Assembly: GCA_040954595.2 (NCBI GenBank)
Contig: CM082576.2
Location: forward strand, 18,585,028-18,649,027
Length of the DNA stretch: 64,000 nucleotides
DNA from: Balanoglossus misakiensis
Taxonomy: Eukaryota; Animalia; Hemichordata
Direction: 5' to 3'
Made by a program: the position numbers and the translations under genes. The notes below the pieces were generated by a model. The model saw nothing but the letters and a program-made list of their open reading frames with translations, searched no databases and had not been told where the DNA came from. Of this stretch, positions 11,126 to 25,500 are shown piece by piece. Each line of letters opens with the position of its first letter. Position 1 is the first letter of the stretch.

Positions 11126-11760
11126 TTTATCATACATGCAACGCCCGTATTTGGCACTTTCTATTGTTCTCGTCCCGAAGATATTTTACGGTATTACACC
11201 GAGTGCAATATATCTTCACTCCGCGTCTCGAACTATTTTTGAGAACGCTCGGCACGACAGTTCGCTGCGCGTGCGAGCGACGTACGGGGCATAGGACGCT
11301 AGTGGAGAGGAGTGTTGTAAAATTCGGTTATTAGAAGCTATAATAATGTTTTCAAAGTTGGCTGTTTTGCCATGTTGAATGTATCATTTTTACTTCTTCG
11401 AAATTCTCAATGCAAAATAATTGTTAACATGATAGTTTGAAAGAGAACGTAGACAATTTTATTTTGAATGCGGATGTGCCCATCGTAGTGAAAGCTGCCA
11501 ACCCCCTTAAAATGATACTACGGCCCACACGTCATACGTCACAACATGGCTACTGCCGTGATCCCAGGGCGCCTGTTCAAATTTGAAATTGTTTTTCTCG
11601 GCGCATTTTCGCAAATCGTACTGTTTTATAGGTAGGCATGTATGATAAAGGGGTTATTACACGAATTTTGGTCGATAACGCGACGCATTCTCGTGATGTC
11701 CGTATTTTGATGAGTTGCAAAGCAACGAGTCAAAATACGGACCCCTAAATATACAACAAA
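11126..11760. mobile_element. Non-autonomous element with internal 14-bp inverted repeats and a branched hairpin (possibly Crypton-type)
   Basis: TTTATCATACATGC (11126-11139) / GCATGTATGATAAA (11636-11649); 13-bp stem GTCCGTATTTTGA...TCAAAATACGGAC (11698-11742) enclosing GTTGC-AAA-GCAAC; CpG-richer than its flanks. Superfamily assignment is inference. Confidence 0.45.
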
Positions 11761-12840
11761 ACATTTTATCTCCGCGACCAGCTGTTCAATTTGGTGCATG
11801 GACAGTGTTGGACTCATGATCTGTCTATGTTTAGAAAATTTGATCAAATTCATGATGACTTGGATTGAATTGAATCAATGTTTATTCGCTCTAGGAACAC
11901 TTTATTGACTACAAACTTTTGTTTTGTTGTTTGTTGGATGGGTAAAATTTAAGACCTCTCGGCCAACGCGGAGCAGAGTTTAATTAGTTTGAAGTTGTGA
12001 AAATCGACGAAACAGAGCGAAAAAACGGCAATTTGCGCTGTCGGCACATTTCTTCTGCCTCGATTTATCGACACCAGGACCTCCCCCCCCCAAAAAAAAT
12101 ATATCAATTATGGATCATCAAATAACTAGACTGCATCGTCCATGAAATCAAACTCGACGACAAAAAAACTTCGCCGATTCCGAGGTAAACGCATCCCGAC
12201 AGGATAAGAACTCCGCTATGTGACATCATCTGATTTCTCTGTAAACATTGGTTGGTCGTTACTTCGGGAACGGCACTTAATCTTCTCGGTTGGGCCTTTA
12301 ATTTCCATGACCCCGGTCGATTCGGCCAAGACGCAAACCGATTCTTCACTTTGCAGTTCAGTAAAGTTGGCGAACGGGATAGTCTGTTAATGGTGAATGC
12401 AGGCCTGTACGCAGTGCTAGCGAACGGGACAAATTGACATAATAAAAGCGAGTGTTGTCAGATTAGTGGGACTGTCATATCATGAACACAATACGGGAGG
12501 CGTGATAAGGGCATTATAAAGAGCGAGCGTGAAACTGACATGGAAACGATCGACAGTACGGTACAGCACAGTGGCTGTGGGTAGAGCGAGCATGTTGCTG
12601 TGCCGAACACATTTACCATGTTTGTTAAATACAAAACACACCGACTTGACCTGCGGCCGCAGCTGCAGCTTCCTAACGCGCCCTAATCCAAGCAGTTTAC
12701 GATCTCGTGGATCGTGGTTGGACTGACAAAATGACCCAGAAAGAGAACCACATTAGGAAGTATTATAGGTCTGTTTCCTCAAAGTCCAATAAGTGCAAAA
12801 CTTAACGCACATCAAAATGTTGCCCAGACAACGGTAGTTA

Positions 12841-13645
12841 GGCTGCATTCACAAACACCTCTGGAGGGGGGGGGGGGCAGGAGAATTGAGGGGGGGGATT
12901 TGAAAAAATTGAGGGTATGTAAGGGGGGGATTTGAAATAATTTAGGGACTGAAAGGGGGGGACTTGAAAACTTTAACGACTAAATATTTATTTTGAGTCC
13001 ACAAAAATGCAGTTTCGCGCCCTTTATTTTACAAAATTTTCTAATATGGGAGGGGGACACCCCCTCCCACACCCACCCCCTCCATTCATCAACACCTTTC
13101 AATCATTGACTGGTTTATCTAGTGTCCCAGATCAGGGGACTTGCCCCACCCCATGATAACTTTGAGTGGCGACGGTTAAATTTGTCCTCCCCAACATACC
13201 GGTAGTTGAGTTAATTTGCTTTTGCCGGGTTCATTAAAATGCAACTTTGAGCTCTGTATTTTAGAAAATTTTCTTACGTGGGAGGGGGACACCCCCTCCC
13301 AAACCCACCCCCTTCAATTCTCGGTTTACAATGTCTCCCAACACAGAATACAAATATATGTACTTAAAAAATAAAAACAATGTTCAGTTTTAATACCCAC
13401 TGATGAGGGGAAACATCAGCTTCAAATTCTTTTCATGGGAGCGCTGTTTATCTTTTTACAAGATAGATAGGTGATGTGTTTTGCTCTGTGAAAGAAAATG
13501 GGGGGGGGGGATTTCAAATTTTTGGCAGTTCGGAAGGGGGGGATTTGAAAATATTGGCAGTTCGGAAGGGGGGCATGTGAAAATTAGCGGTAAAAAAAAT
13601 TGAATTCTCCCGTCCCCCCCTCCAGAGGTGTTTGTGAATGCAGCC
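12841..13645. mobile_element. PIF/Harbinger-type MITE
   Basis: Perfect ~32-bp TIRs GGCTGCATTCACAAACACCTCTGGAGGGGGGG / CCCCCCCTCCAGAGGTGTTTGTGAATGCAGCC with a TTA target duplication (12838-12840, 13646-13648); internal direct repeat GGGAGGGGGACACCCCCTCC at ~13048 and ~13280. Confidence 0.85.
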
Positions 13646-14579
13646 TTAGCAGTTTGCTTGCTCGGTTTGAAATGCGCGGCTGTGGTAGAAAATTACCCCC
13701 TGTTCTTTGGGACGTGAGCCACCCCCCTGAGACAATGGTGCACTCACACTCGAGAACATAGGTTTGCTATTTGCATATACAAATGGAATATTCCTTCGAA
13801 TGCGAGCATGTTCCAGTGCGTTCTAAAATAATAAAATATGCAGCTATAGCATGTATGCATATTCATTGGTGTGTCGTAATGCTAACTTTGGTCTGTGATT
13901 GGGTAACAAGTCCCACTCTCCATAACAACAGGTGATCATTGACCCGTTTCCGGTGTGCGACGTCGGGTTTCAATCACTTTCCTTCTTACTGCCGTGGGAT
14001 CAAGACGTCTTTTCGGTAGGCTCATAATCCAGTCATTGCTTTTAGTACCATAGCCTATATAGCTACGTTACCGTCGCTCGATTGTTTTGTCTGGTATTAG
14101 GTGATTTGCAGCTATCCGTTCAACACCTTGTAGTTGAACAGAAGTAGGTCTTATTCCAGAAAAAATCCGAGCTACGGGCGTGCAGCTAGCCATGCCTCTC
14201 GGCCATTCTGTGTATGGCTTCGCTGCTGACCCTGAGGTCATAATCGAGAAAGTCTAGTCATATTCATAGGGCTATACTCTGTGAGAATTTTATTGCTAGG
14301 CCTCTTGCCTAAGCGCACGTAGAGCCAGTGTTTGCATTTTTTTTAATTTTACGGTTTAAACGTGGTTGGTGTATTTTCGCTTTTCTGTTTGTTTTTTCGT
14401 AACATTTTACTGTTTACATGTTGTTGGCGTATTTTCGTTTTTCTGGTGTGATTTCCACCTCACTGTTGGCATACTTAAACAATTATCCTAATTTTTATTG
14501 GGCAAACCGATAAAACCAGAACCACCACAAGTAAAGAAAATTGTAATCTGTTTGGTGATAACCCTTTTAGCTTTGAAAG

Positions 14580-15130
14580 ATAACCGATTTGATGTTTTAG
14601 TAAAACCAAATTTTTGACCAGGGTGACAAGCATTTTTTTCTCCAAGAGTCGTGTTGCTTTGAAGCATACATTTGGATATATGGTCCCATTTGATGAAAAC
14701 CTGGTTGATGAAAAATGTGCATATTTATAATTTTGTAGAATTTTTTGTCTTTTTTGGTCAAAAATTGTTTTATCTAAAACTGCTTGTCAGATTGCTTTCA
14801 AATTTTGCAGGGTTGTTCCTTGGGAATAATTAAGTGAGATGTTTTAGAAAAATACTTGAAATTTGCATATTTGCGTTTTGTGTGTGATAGTTTTGGAATT
14901 TTTCATTAAAAATTATTTTCTTTCAAACTGATTGTCAGATTGCCTTGAGCTTTGGTAGGCATGTTCCCTGAAGCGATTGACGTAAGATATTGTACAATTT
15001 TGGTGAAAATACTGATTTTTCTGAAACTGCATATGGGATTGCTTTGAAATTTGATAGGATTATTGCAATGGGTAACCCAAGTTTTGTCTGATTGTGTTGA
15101 TTTCCCTATACTGAGACTCGCCAAGTACAC
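14580..15130 (+). repeat. Old HINE-like repeat, probable continuation of 10258-11115
   Basis: Degenerate units tgtcagattgctttcaaatttt...gttcct resembling those at 10600-11050. Confidence 0.35.
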
Positions 15131-15770
15131 TATATGTTTATATTACTAGAGAGTTCAGAATCCAATATGGCCCCCATACGAACTGGGACATACTGTGTAA
15201 TCAGATTATTTTCTAAACTTGTCATATTTTAATTTCTCGATCTCACAAATAAAAATGAAATGCCAAAAACTGAGTAACTTTCGTTTCTTCCCGCTTGGTG
15301 TCCATTAAAGTCTTTTTCCTCCCACTGGGAAAGTGGCTAGAGTCAATATGTGCATAATGGCAGCATTATATGGCACTGAATAAATGGCAGGGGTGTTTAC
15401 ATCTCCTAATTTGTTTTCACTTAAACCATTATAAATATCTAACAGTATATGATCATATTGTGTATGCAACTCGGAGATGTGTTTCACTTCAGGGTTGGAA
15501 GTTTGTTTAGTCAAGTCTGGGAAGTGACATGTCTTCAAAGTGACTGATGTTATCTGCTTAGAGCTGAATGCCCATTGGTGTTCTTTCCTAGGAATACATT
15601 TTCTTTGCATTTCATAGACCTGTGTATAATTATAATTTCAGTTATATATTCTAATTTGCGTTTAGGTAGAGTATGCATGGAATTAAAATAATTATTCTGT
15701 AATTACCCAACAAAAATGTTTGTCTTACAATTGTCTAGCAAGTGGATATTTTGATTGTTAATTTGCACAG

Positions 15771-16054
15771 GCAACATTATGGAAGTAGCATAAAGAGTAT
15801 TCAATAATATAGCAGACCTTCTAGCCAGAAAGAAGAGCTTAGAAGATTTATCAGCTCATAATATTCCTTTAACCAATGAACTTTATATGAACTTGCACAC
15901 CTGCCTTCAAGATACAGGGATTAATGTTCAGGAAACCTTACCAGCTCTAGTACATTTATTTCAGCCAGAAATTGAATTACCAGATAAAAAAATCAGTAAT
16001 TTTACAAAGATACAGTCAGAAAATAAATGGAGAAAGCCAGCAAGGAAGGCATAA
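15771..16054 (+). pseudogene. Candidate orphan coding exon with one early stop
   Basis: Acceptor ttaatttgcacag at 15770; ATG at 15779, MEVA* then 86 stop-free codons (RVFNNIADLLARKKSLEDL...KWRKPARKA*) in very AT-rich DNA; family not recognised. Confidence 0.3.
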
Positions 16055-16957
16055 AAGTGGAATACATGAAAGACACAGTTAGCTTAAACTACATGTGTAT
16101 GCAGTAAAAACTGTATGGTGCAAGGACGTTCATTTTTATGATTTATAGCCAGCCAGTCTTTCCATGCATATCATACCAAAATTAATATGAAAATTGTGTA
16201 AATGTTAATAGACTACAAGGAAAGTACAAATACATGTAGAAATTACACTATCCAACTTTCTCCACTTTTGATATCTGCTTAACACAGGCAAGCAAAAGGG
16301 CCGATCTGAGAGTTTGACTTGAATGATGGCAATTTTTGCTGTCCAGAAGTAACTGTATAAAATATTTTTTGGTAGTAGTATTATTGCTCAAAATACACAA
16401 GAATTTAAATATCTCCGCTCGCTACAGTGATTGAACTGATTTTCAGCAAATTGCAGTGTATAAATAAACATTGCCATCTAATGAAATATCAATCCAATAT
16501 GGCCGCCCATTTGCAATGGTAAAATGCTAGGTTTTTCCTTTTTTGAGCGCCTGGGAATTTAAATTATAATCCAGATATCAAACACTTAAGTCACTATCTG
16601 TATCTGCACATATATTGTAATATATTCTGAAAATTTCGTTACAATTAGATCAACTATGATTGAGACACGGAACATCAAACATTGCAAAATTTCATATTTC
16701 CCATGGTGCCATGCAAAAAATAGAGAGATTTTCTTTACAAGTTTAGATGATCTCCTGTAAAACTGAAAGAAGTATTCTTCTGTGAATCGTGCATAATTTT
16801 TTGAAAAATGTTGAAGGTACTTGAGAATATCAGTATTTTTTGATGCTTTTGTACCTTGAAAACTGGTGAACCGATTTTGATAATTTTCTTTATTATAACC
16901 TACAAAGACCTATAAACATTTTTTATCAGTAAAATAAACAGCCTTATATAATTTTAC

Positions 16958-17648
16958 TGGTCCAGCTGTTACAGAGACCACTGGCTATTTTATTATAAAC
17001 TGGTGGTAGGTCAGTGAATGCCTCTGTCTGATTGGACTAATTAGCTTGTCATACTCGCATGTATTTTTAAAGACAGTTTTTGGACAACAATCAGCTGTGG
17101 TCCAGCTGTTACAGAGACCTCCGGCTATTTATTATAAACTGGTGGTAGGTCAGTAAATGCCTCTGTCTGATTGGACTAATTAGCTTGTCATACTCGCATG
17201 TATTTTACAGACAGTTTTTGGACAAAAATCAGTTGTGGTCCAGCTGTTACAGAGACCACCGGCTATTTTATTATAAACTGGTGGTAGGTCAGTGAATGCC
17301 TCTGTCTGATAGGACTAATTAGCTTGTCATACTCGCATGTATTTTACAGACAATTTTTGGACAAAAATCAGTTGTGGTCCAGCTGTTACAGAGACCACCG
17401 ACTATTTTATTATAAACTGGTGGTAGGTCAGTGAATGCCCTTGTCTGATAGGACTAATTAGCTTGTCATACTCGCATGAATTTTACAGACAGTTTTTGGA
17501 CAAAAATCAGCTGTGGTCCAGCTGTTACAGAGACCACCGGTTATTTTATTATAAACTGGTGGTAGGTCAGTGAATGCCTCTGTCTGATTGGACTAATTAG
17601 CTTGTCATACTCGTATGTATTTTACAGACAGTTTTTGGACAAAAATCT
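16958..17648. repeat. Tandem repeat, ~139-bp unit, 5 copies
   Basis: Unit start TGGTCCAGCTGTTACAGAGACC at 16958, 17098, 17236, 17375 and 17514; copies highly similar. Confidence 0.95.
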
Positions 17649-17854
17649 GTTTTTTTAGTGCTGCTTGTAGGATTGCAGTGACACATAACACTTGATTGGG
17701 CATAGTGAATTTTTTTATGTTTCCATAGTATTTGAATATTTTTGCCATATATGCTTGCCAATGTCGCCCGTGATTTTAATTCTGGCGAATACCTAAAATC
17801 TGTGTAATCCCCAAATGGCACAACAGTATCCTATATGCTATGTTTTAAGAAGTT

Positions 17855-19592
17855 AATTATACATAGATATGCATCTTGTTAAAATGCACAACAGTCACGA
17901 TTTTGTTCACACGAGTTTGATTGCTGCCAGGACATAACCCAAATATTTTGATAATTTTGGCAATGACCTTTGAACTACTATCCCATGCCTTGGCATGTAC
18001 AGCAGATACAGCCTTCAAATTTGGAGGACTGGAACACCTAATGAAGTACATGTATTAACTTTAACACAATAATTATGTACATAAGCTCTTTAAAGTTACC
18101 CAATAGATCTTAGAAGTCTGGTTTTTGCTGGACACTGATTAGTTTGATATCAAAATTTGTTGGCCCAACTTTGCGTGAACTCTGGCTTACTTACCATTTC
18201 TCAGCACCCATAACAAATACAGCCTTTGCTTTCTGTTGGAACCATGCTAACCACTTTGGCTCCTCCAATGCTGCTTATAGTTGGGTCTTCTTCATGGCAG
18301 CCATATTTGATTTTTGGATAACCTTTAAAAGTTGACATTTTTTTCAAAAATTACAAGGCCAATCAAGTTCTAATTTACAGTCCGTTCCAATTTTTTTTCA
18401 ATAATATTGTTAGTGGTCATGCGAATTTGGATTCATTATGGATTTTTGAAAAATCTCATGAAAAATTTCCAAAGTCTTTTTTTAATCAAGCTTTCAAGTG
18501 AATTGTGATTGCTTTAACCTTATTCGAGCCAAATTGTATTTTCTGAACACCGATGAAAAACAAAGATTTCCTATTTCTAGCCTACTCATTGATAGCACAC
18601 AAATTAATTTTATTGATACGAGTCACCATATGACTAGAATACGTTACATTTTTGGCAACTTTCACATGTTCTTTGATCCAGTTGTTTTTCAGAATTTGAT
18701 TAAACAATTTATTGGCCACTCTCACATGTCCTTTGATCCAGTAATTCTAGAACTTAATTTTATGTGGATATGCCTCTTGTTAAAAAGCACAACAGTCATG
18801 ATTTTGTTCACATGAGAACTATTGCTGCCAGGACATAACCCAACTATTTTTATAATTCTGGCAATGATCTACTTTCCCATAACTTGCCATGCACAGCAGA
18901 TACAGCTTTCAAATTTAGGGGACTGGAACATCTAATGAAGTATTAATCTTTAACACAATACTTATGTACGTATCCTATTTAAAGTTAACCAATAGAGCTT
19001 AGAACTTTGGTTCTTGTTGAACACTGATCAGTTTGATATCAGATTTTGTTGGCACAATTTTGCGTGACCTCTGGCTTACTTACCATTTCTAGCCATCCAA
19101 AAAAGATACAGAGCTTGCTTTCTGTTGGAACCATGTTAACTGCTTTGGCACCTGTAATGCTGCATGTTCCTTTAATTGTCTTCTTCATGGTGGCTATATT
19201 GAATTTTCTGATAACCTCTAAAAGTTGACATTTTTTTCAAAACTACAGGGCCAATCAAGTTCTAATTTACTGTCCCTTCCAATTTTTTTCAATAATATTG
19301 TTAGTGGTCATGCGAATTTGGATTCATTATGGATTTTTGAAAAATGTCATGAAAAATTTCCAAAGTCTTTTTTTAATCAAGCTTTCAAGTGTATTGTGAT
19401 TGCTTTAACCTTATTCGAGCCAAATTGGATTTTCTGAACTCTGATTAAAAACGAAGATTTCCTATTTCTAGCCTACTCATTGAAAGCACGCAAATTCATT
19501 TTATTGATATGAGTCACCATATGAATAGAATACTTTACATTTTTTGGCAAATTTCACATGTCCTTTGATTCAGATTTGTTAGAACTGAATTG
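17855..19592 (+). repeat. Two ~0.9-kb head-to-tail HINE-derived macro-units (left flank of the 116-bp satellite)
   Basis: 17860-18770 repeats at ~+900; each unit holds one 116-bp-satellite-like monomer and a decayed HINE 3' end (caatgctgcttatag at ~18266; taatgctgcatgttcctttaattg at ~19155). Confidence 0.75.
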
Positions 19593-22500
19593 TACTTGGA
19601 TATGTCTCTTGTTAAAAAGCACAACAGTCATGATTGTGTTCACTTGAGTTTTGTCGCTGCCAGGACATAACCGAAATATTTTGATAATTTTGGCAATGAC
19701 CCTTGATCTACTTGGATATGTCTCATGTTAAAAAGCACAACAGTCTTGATTTTGTTCACACGAGTTTTATCGCTGCCAGGACATAACCAAAATATTTTGA
19801 TAATTTTGGCAATGACCCTTGATCTACTTGGATATGTCTCTTGTTAAAAAGCACAACAGTCTTGATTTTGTTCACATGAGTTTTATCGCTGCCAGGACAT
19901 AACAAAAATATTTTGATAATTTTGGCAATGACTCTTGATCTACTTGGATATGTCTCTTGTTAAAAAGCACAACAGTCTTGATTTTGTTCACATGAGTTTT
20001 ATCACTGCCAGGACATAACCCAAATATATTGATAATTTTGGCAATGACCCTTGATCTACTTGGATATGTCTCTTGTTAAAATACACAACAGTCTTGATTT
20101 TGTTCACATGAGTTTTATCGCTGCCAGGACATAACCCAAATATTTTGATAATTTTGGCAATGACCCTTGATCTACTTGGATATGTCTCTTGTTAAAAAGC
20201 ACAACAGTCATGATTGTGTTCACACGAGTTTTATTGCTGCCAGGACCTAACCCAAATATTTTGTTAAGTTTGGCAATGACCCTTGATCTTCTTGGATATG
20301 TCTCTTGTTAAAAAGCACAACTGTCATGATTTTGTTCACATGAGTTTTATTGCTGCCAGGACATAACCCAAATATTTTGATAATTTTGGCAATGACCCTT
20401 GATCTACTTGGATATGTCTCTTGTTAAAAAGCACAACAGTCAGGATTTTGTTCACATGAGTTTTATCACTGCCAGGACATAACCCAAATATATTGATAAT
20501 TTTGGCAATGACCCTTGATCTACTTGGATATGTCTCTTGTTAAAATACACAACAGTCTTGATTTTGTTCACATGAGTTTTATCGCTGCCAGGACATAACC
20601 CAAATATTTTGATAATTTTGGCAATGACCCTTGATCTACTTGGATATGTCTCTTTTTAAAAAGCACAACAGTCATGATTGTGTTAACACGAGTTTTATTG
20701 CAGCCAGGACATAACCCAAATATTTTGATAATTTTGGCAATGAACCTTGATCTTCTTGGATATGTCTCTTGTTAAAAAGCACAACAGTCATGATTGTGTT
20801 CACACGAGTTTTATTGCTGCCAGGACCTAACCCAAATATTTTGTTAAGTTTGGCAATGACCCTTGATCTTCTTGGATATGTCTCTTGTTAAAAAGCACAA
20901 CAGTCAGGATTTTGTTCACATGAGTTTTATTGCTTCCAGGACATAACCAAAATATTTTGATAATTTTGGCAATGACTCTTGATCTACTTTGATATGTCTC
21001 TTGTTAAAAAGCACAACAGTCAGGATTTTGTTCACATGAGTACTATTGCTGGCAGGACATAACCAAACTATTTTGATAATTTTGGCAATGACTCTTCATC
21101 TACTTGGATATGTCTCTTGTTAAAATGCACAACATACATGATTTTGTTCACATGAATTCTATTGCTGTCAGGACATAACCCAAATATTTTGATAATTATG
21201 GCAATGACCCTTGAACTACTTGGATATGTCTCTTGATAAACAGCCAAACAGTCATGATTGTGTTCACACGAGTTTTATTGCTGCCAGGACATAACCCAAA
21301 TATTTTGATAATTTTGGCAATGACCCTTGATCGACTTGGATATGTCTCTTGTTAAAAAGCACAACAGTCATGATTTTGTTTACGTGACTACTATTGCTGC
21401 CAGGACTTAACCCAAATATTTTGATAATTTTGGCAATGACCCTTGATCTACTTAGATATGTCTCTTGATAAAAAGCACAACAGTCATGATTGTGTTCACA
21501 CGAGTTTTATTGCTGCCAGGACATAACCCAAATATTTTTATAATTTTGGCAATAACTCTTCATCTACTTGGATATGTCTCTTGTTAAAATGCACAACATA
21601 CATGATTTTGTTCACATGAATTCTATTGCTGTCAGGACATAACCCGAATATTTTGATAATTATGGCAATGACCCTTGAACTACTTGGATATGTCTCTTGA
21701 TAAACAGCCCAACAGTCATGATTGTGTTCACACGAGTTTTATTGCTGCCAGGACATAACCAAAATATTTTTATAATTTTGGCCATGACCCTTGATCTACT
21801 TGGATATGTCTCTTGTTAAAAAGCACAACAGTCAGGATTTTGTTCACATGAGTTTTATCACTGCCAGGACATAACCCAAATATATTGATAATTTTGGCAA
21901 TGACCCTTGATCTACTTGGATATGTCTCTTGTTATAATACACAACAGTCTTGATTTTGTTCACATGAGTACTATTGCTGGCAGGACATAACCAAACTATT
22001 TTGATAATTTTGGCAATGACTCTTCATCTACTTGGATATGTCTCTTGTTAAAATGCACAACAAACATGATTTTATTCACATGAATTCTATTGCTGTCAGG
22101 ACATAACCCAAATATTTTGATAATTTTGGTAATGACCCTTGATCTTCTTGGATATGTCTCTTGTTAAAAAGCACATCAGTCATGATTTTGTTAACATGAA
22201 TTTTATTGCTGCCAGGACATATACCAAATATTTTGATAATTTTGGCAATGACTCTTGATCTACTTGGATATGTCTCTTGTTAAAAAGCACAACAGTCATT
22301 ATTTTGTTCACATGAGTTTTATTGCTGACATGACATAACCCAAATATTTTGATAATTTTGGCAATGACCCTTGAACTACTTGGATATGTCTCTTGTTAAA
22401 AAGCACAACAGACATTATTTTGTTTACGTGACTACTATTGCTGCCAGGACATAACCCAAATATTTTGATAATTTTGGCAATGACCCTTGATCTACTTGGA

Positions 22501-25500
22501 TATGTCTCTTGTTAAAAAGCACAACAGTCATGATTGTGTTCACACAAGTTTTATTGCTGCCAGGACATAACCCAAATATTTTTTATAATTTTGGCCATGA
22601 CCCTTGATCTACTTGGATATGTCTCTTGTTAAAAAGCACAACAGTCATGATTTTGTTTACGTGACTACTATTGCTGCCAGGACTTAACCCAAATATTTTG
22701 ATAATCTTGGCAATGACCCTTGATCTACTTGGATATGTCTCTTGATAAAAAGCACAACAGTCATGATTGTGTTCACACGAGTTTTATTGATGCCAGGACA
22801 TAACCCAAATATTTTGATAATTTTGGCCATGACCCTTGATCTACTTGGATATGTCTCTTGTTAAAAAGCACAACAGTCATGATTTTGTTTACGTGACTAC
22901 TATTGCTGCCAGGACTTAACCCAAATATTTTGATAATTTTGGCAATGACTCTTGATCTACTTGGATATGTCTCTTGTTAAAAAGCACAACAGTCATTATT
23001 TTGTTCACATGAGTTTTATTGCTGCCAGGACATAACCCAAATATTTTGATAATTATGGCAATGACCCTTGATCTTCTTGGATATGTCTCTTGTTAAAGAG
23101 CACAACAGTCATGATTGTGTTCACACGAGTTTTATTGCTGTCAGGACATAACCCAAATATTTTGATAATTTTGGCAATGACCCTTGATCTACTTGGATAT
23201 GTCTCTTGTTAAAAAGCACATCAGTCATGATTTTGTTAACATGAGTTTTATTGCTGCCAGGACATACACCAAATATTTTGATAATTTTGGCAATGACTCT
23301 TGATCTACTTGGATATGTCTCTTGTTAAAAAGCACAACAGTCATTATTTTGTTCACATGAGTTTTATTGCTGCCAGGACATAACCTAAATATTTTGATAA
23401 TTATGGCAATGACCCTTGAACTACTTGGATATGTCTCTTGATAAAAAGCCCAACAGTCATTATTTTGTTCACACGAGTTTTATTGCTGCCATGACATAAC
23501 CCAAAAATGTTGATAATTTTGGCAATGACCCTTGAACTACTTGGATATGTCTCTTGTTAAAAAGCACAACAGTCATTATTTTGTTCACATGAGTTTTATT
23601 GCTGCCAGGACATAACACAAATATTTTGATAATTTTGGCAATGACCCTTGATCTACTTGGATATGTCTCTTGTTAAAAAGCACAACAGTCATGATTGTGT
23701 TCACACGAGTTTTATTGCTGCCAGGACATAACCCAAATATTTTGATAATTTTGGCAATGACCCTTGATCTACTTGGATATGTCTCTTGATAAAAAGCACA
23801 ACAGTCATGATTGTGTTCACATGAGTTTTATTGCTGCCAGGACATAACCCAAATATTTTGATAATTTTGGTAATGACCCTTGATCTTCTTGGATATGTCT
23901 CTTGTTAAAAAGCACAACAGTCATGATTGTGTTCACACGAGTTTGATTGCTGCCAGGACATAACCCAAATATTTTGATAATTTTGGCAATGACCCTTGAT
24001 CTACTTGGATATGTCTCTTGTTAAAAAGCACATCAGTCATGATTTTGTTAACATGAATTTTATTGCTGCCAGGACATATACCAAATATTTTGATAATTTT
24101 GGCAATGACTCTTGATCTACATGAGTTTTATTGCTGACATGCCATAACCCAAATATTTTGATAATTTTGGCAATGACCCTTGATCTACTTGGATATGTCT
24201 CTTGTTAAAAAGCACAACAGTCATGATTGTGTTCACACAAGTTTTATTGCTGCCAGGACATAACCCAAATATTTTTTATAATTTTGGCCATGACCCTTGA
24301 TCTACTTGGATATGTCTCTTGTTAAAAAGCACAACAGTCATGATTTTGTTCACACGAGTTTTATTGCTGCCATGACATAACCCAAATATTTTGATAATTT
24401 TGGCAATGACCCTTGAACTACTTGGATATGTCTCTTGTTAAAAAGCACAACAGTCATTATTTGGTTCACATGAGTTTTATTGCTGCCAGGACATAACACA
24501 AATATTTTGATAATTTTGGCAATGACCCTTGATCTACTTGGATATGTCTCTTGTTAAAAAGCACAACAAGTCATTATTGTGTTCACATGAGTTTTATTGC
24601 TGCCAGGACATAACCAAAATATTTTGATAATTTTGGCAATGACCCTTGATCTACTTGGATATGTCTCTTGTTAAAAAGCACAACAGTCATGATTTTGTTT
24701 ACGTGACTACTATTGCTGCCAGGACATAACCCAAATATTTTGATAATTTTGGCAATGACCCTTGATCTACTTGGATATGTCTCTTGTTAAAAAGCACAAC
24801 AGTCATGATTGTGTTCACACGAGTTTGATTGCTGCCAGGACATAACCCAAATATTTTGATAATTTTGGCAATGACCCTTGATCTACTTGGATATGTCTCT
24901 TGTTAAAAAGCACATCAGTCATGATTTTGTTAACATGAATTTTATTGCTGCCAGGACATATACCAAATATTTTGATAATTTTGGCAATGACTCTTGATCT
25001 ACATGAGTTTTATTGCTGACATGCCATAACCCAAATATTTTGATAATTTAAGCAATGACCCTTGATCTACTTGGATATGTCTCTTGTTAAAAAGCACAAC
25101 AGTCATGATTGTGTTCACACAAGTTTTATTGCTGCCAGGACATAACCCAAATATTTTTTATAATTTTGGCCATGACCCTTGATCTACTTGGATATGTCTC
25201 TTGTTAAAAAGCACAACAGTCATGATTTTGTTTACGTGACTACCATTGCTGCCAGGACTTAACCCAAATATTTTGATAATCTTGGCAATGACCCTTGATC
25301 TACTTGGATATGTCTCTTGATAAAAAGCACAACAGTCATGATTGTGTTCACACGAGTTTTATTGCTGCCAGGACATAACCCAAATATTTTGATAATTTTG
25401 GCCATGACCCTTGATCTACTTGGATATGTCTCTTGTTAAAAAGCACAACAGTCATGATTTTGTTTACGTGACTACTATTGCTGCCAGGACTTAACCCAAA

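Noticed and set aside
12104-12726. Short ORFs as a transposase remnant
   Set aside because: No recognisable motif in the frames examined.
15305-15610. 101-aa minus-strand ORF
   Set aside because: No recognisable domain or splice support.
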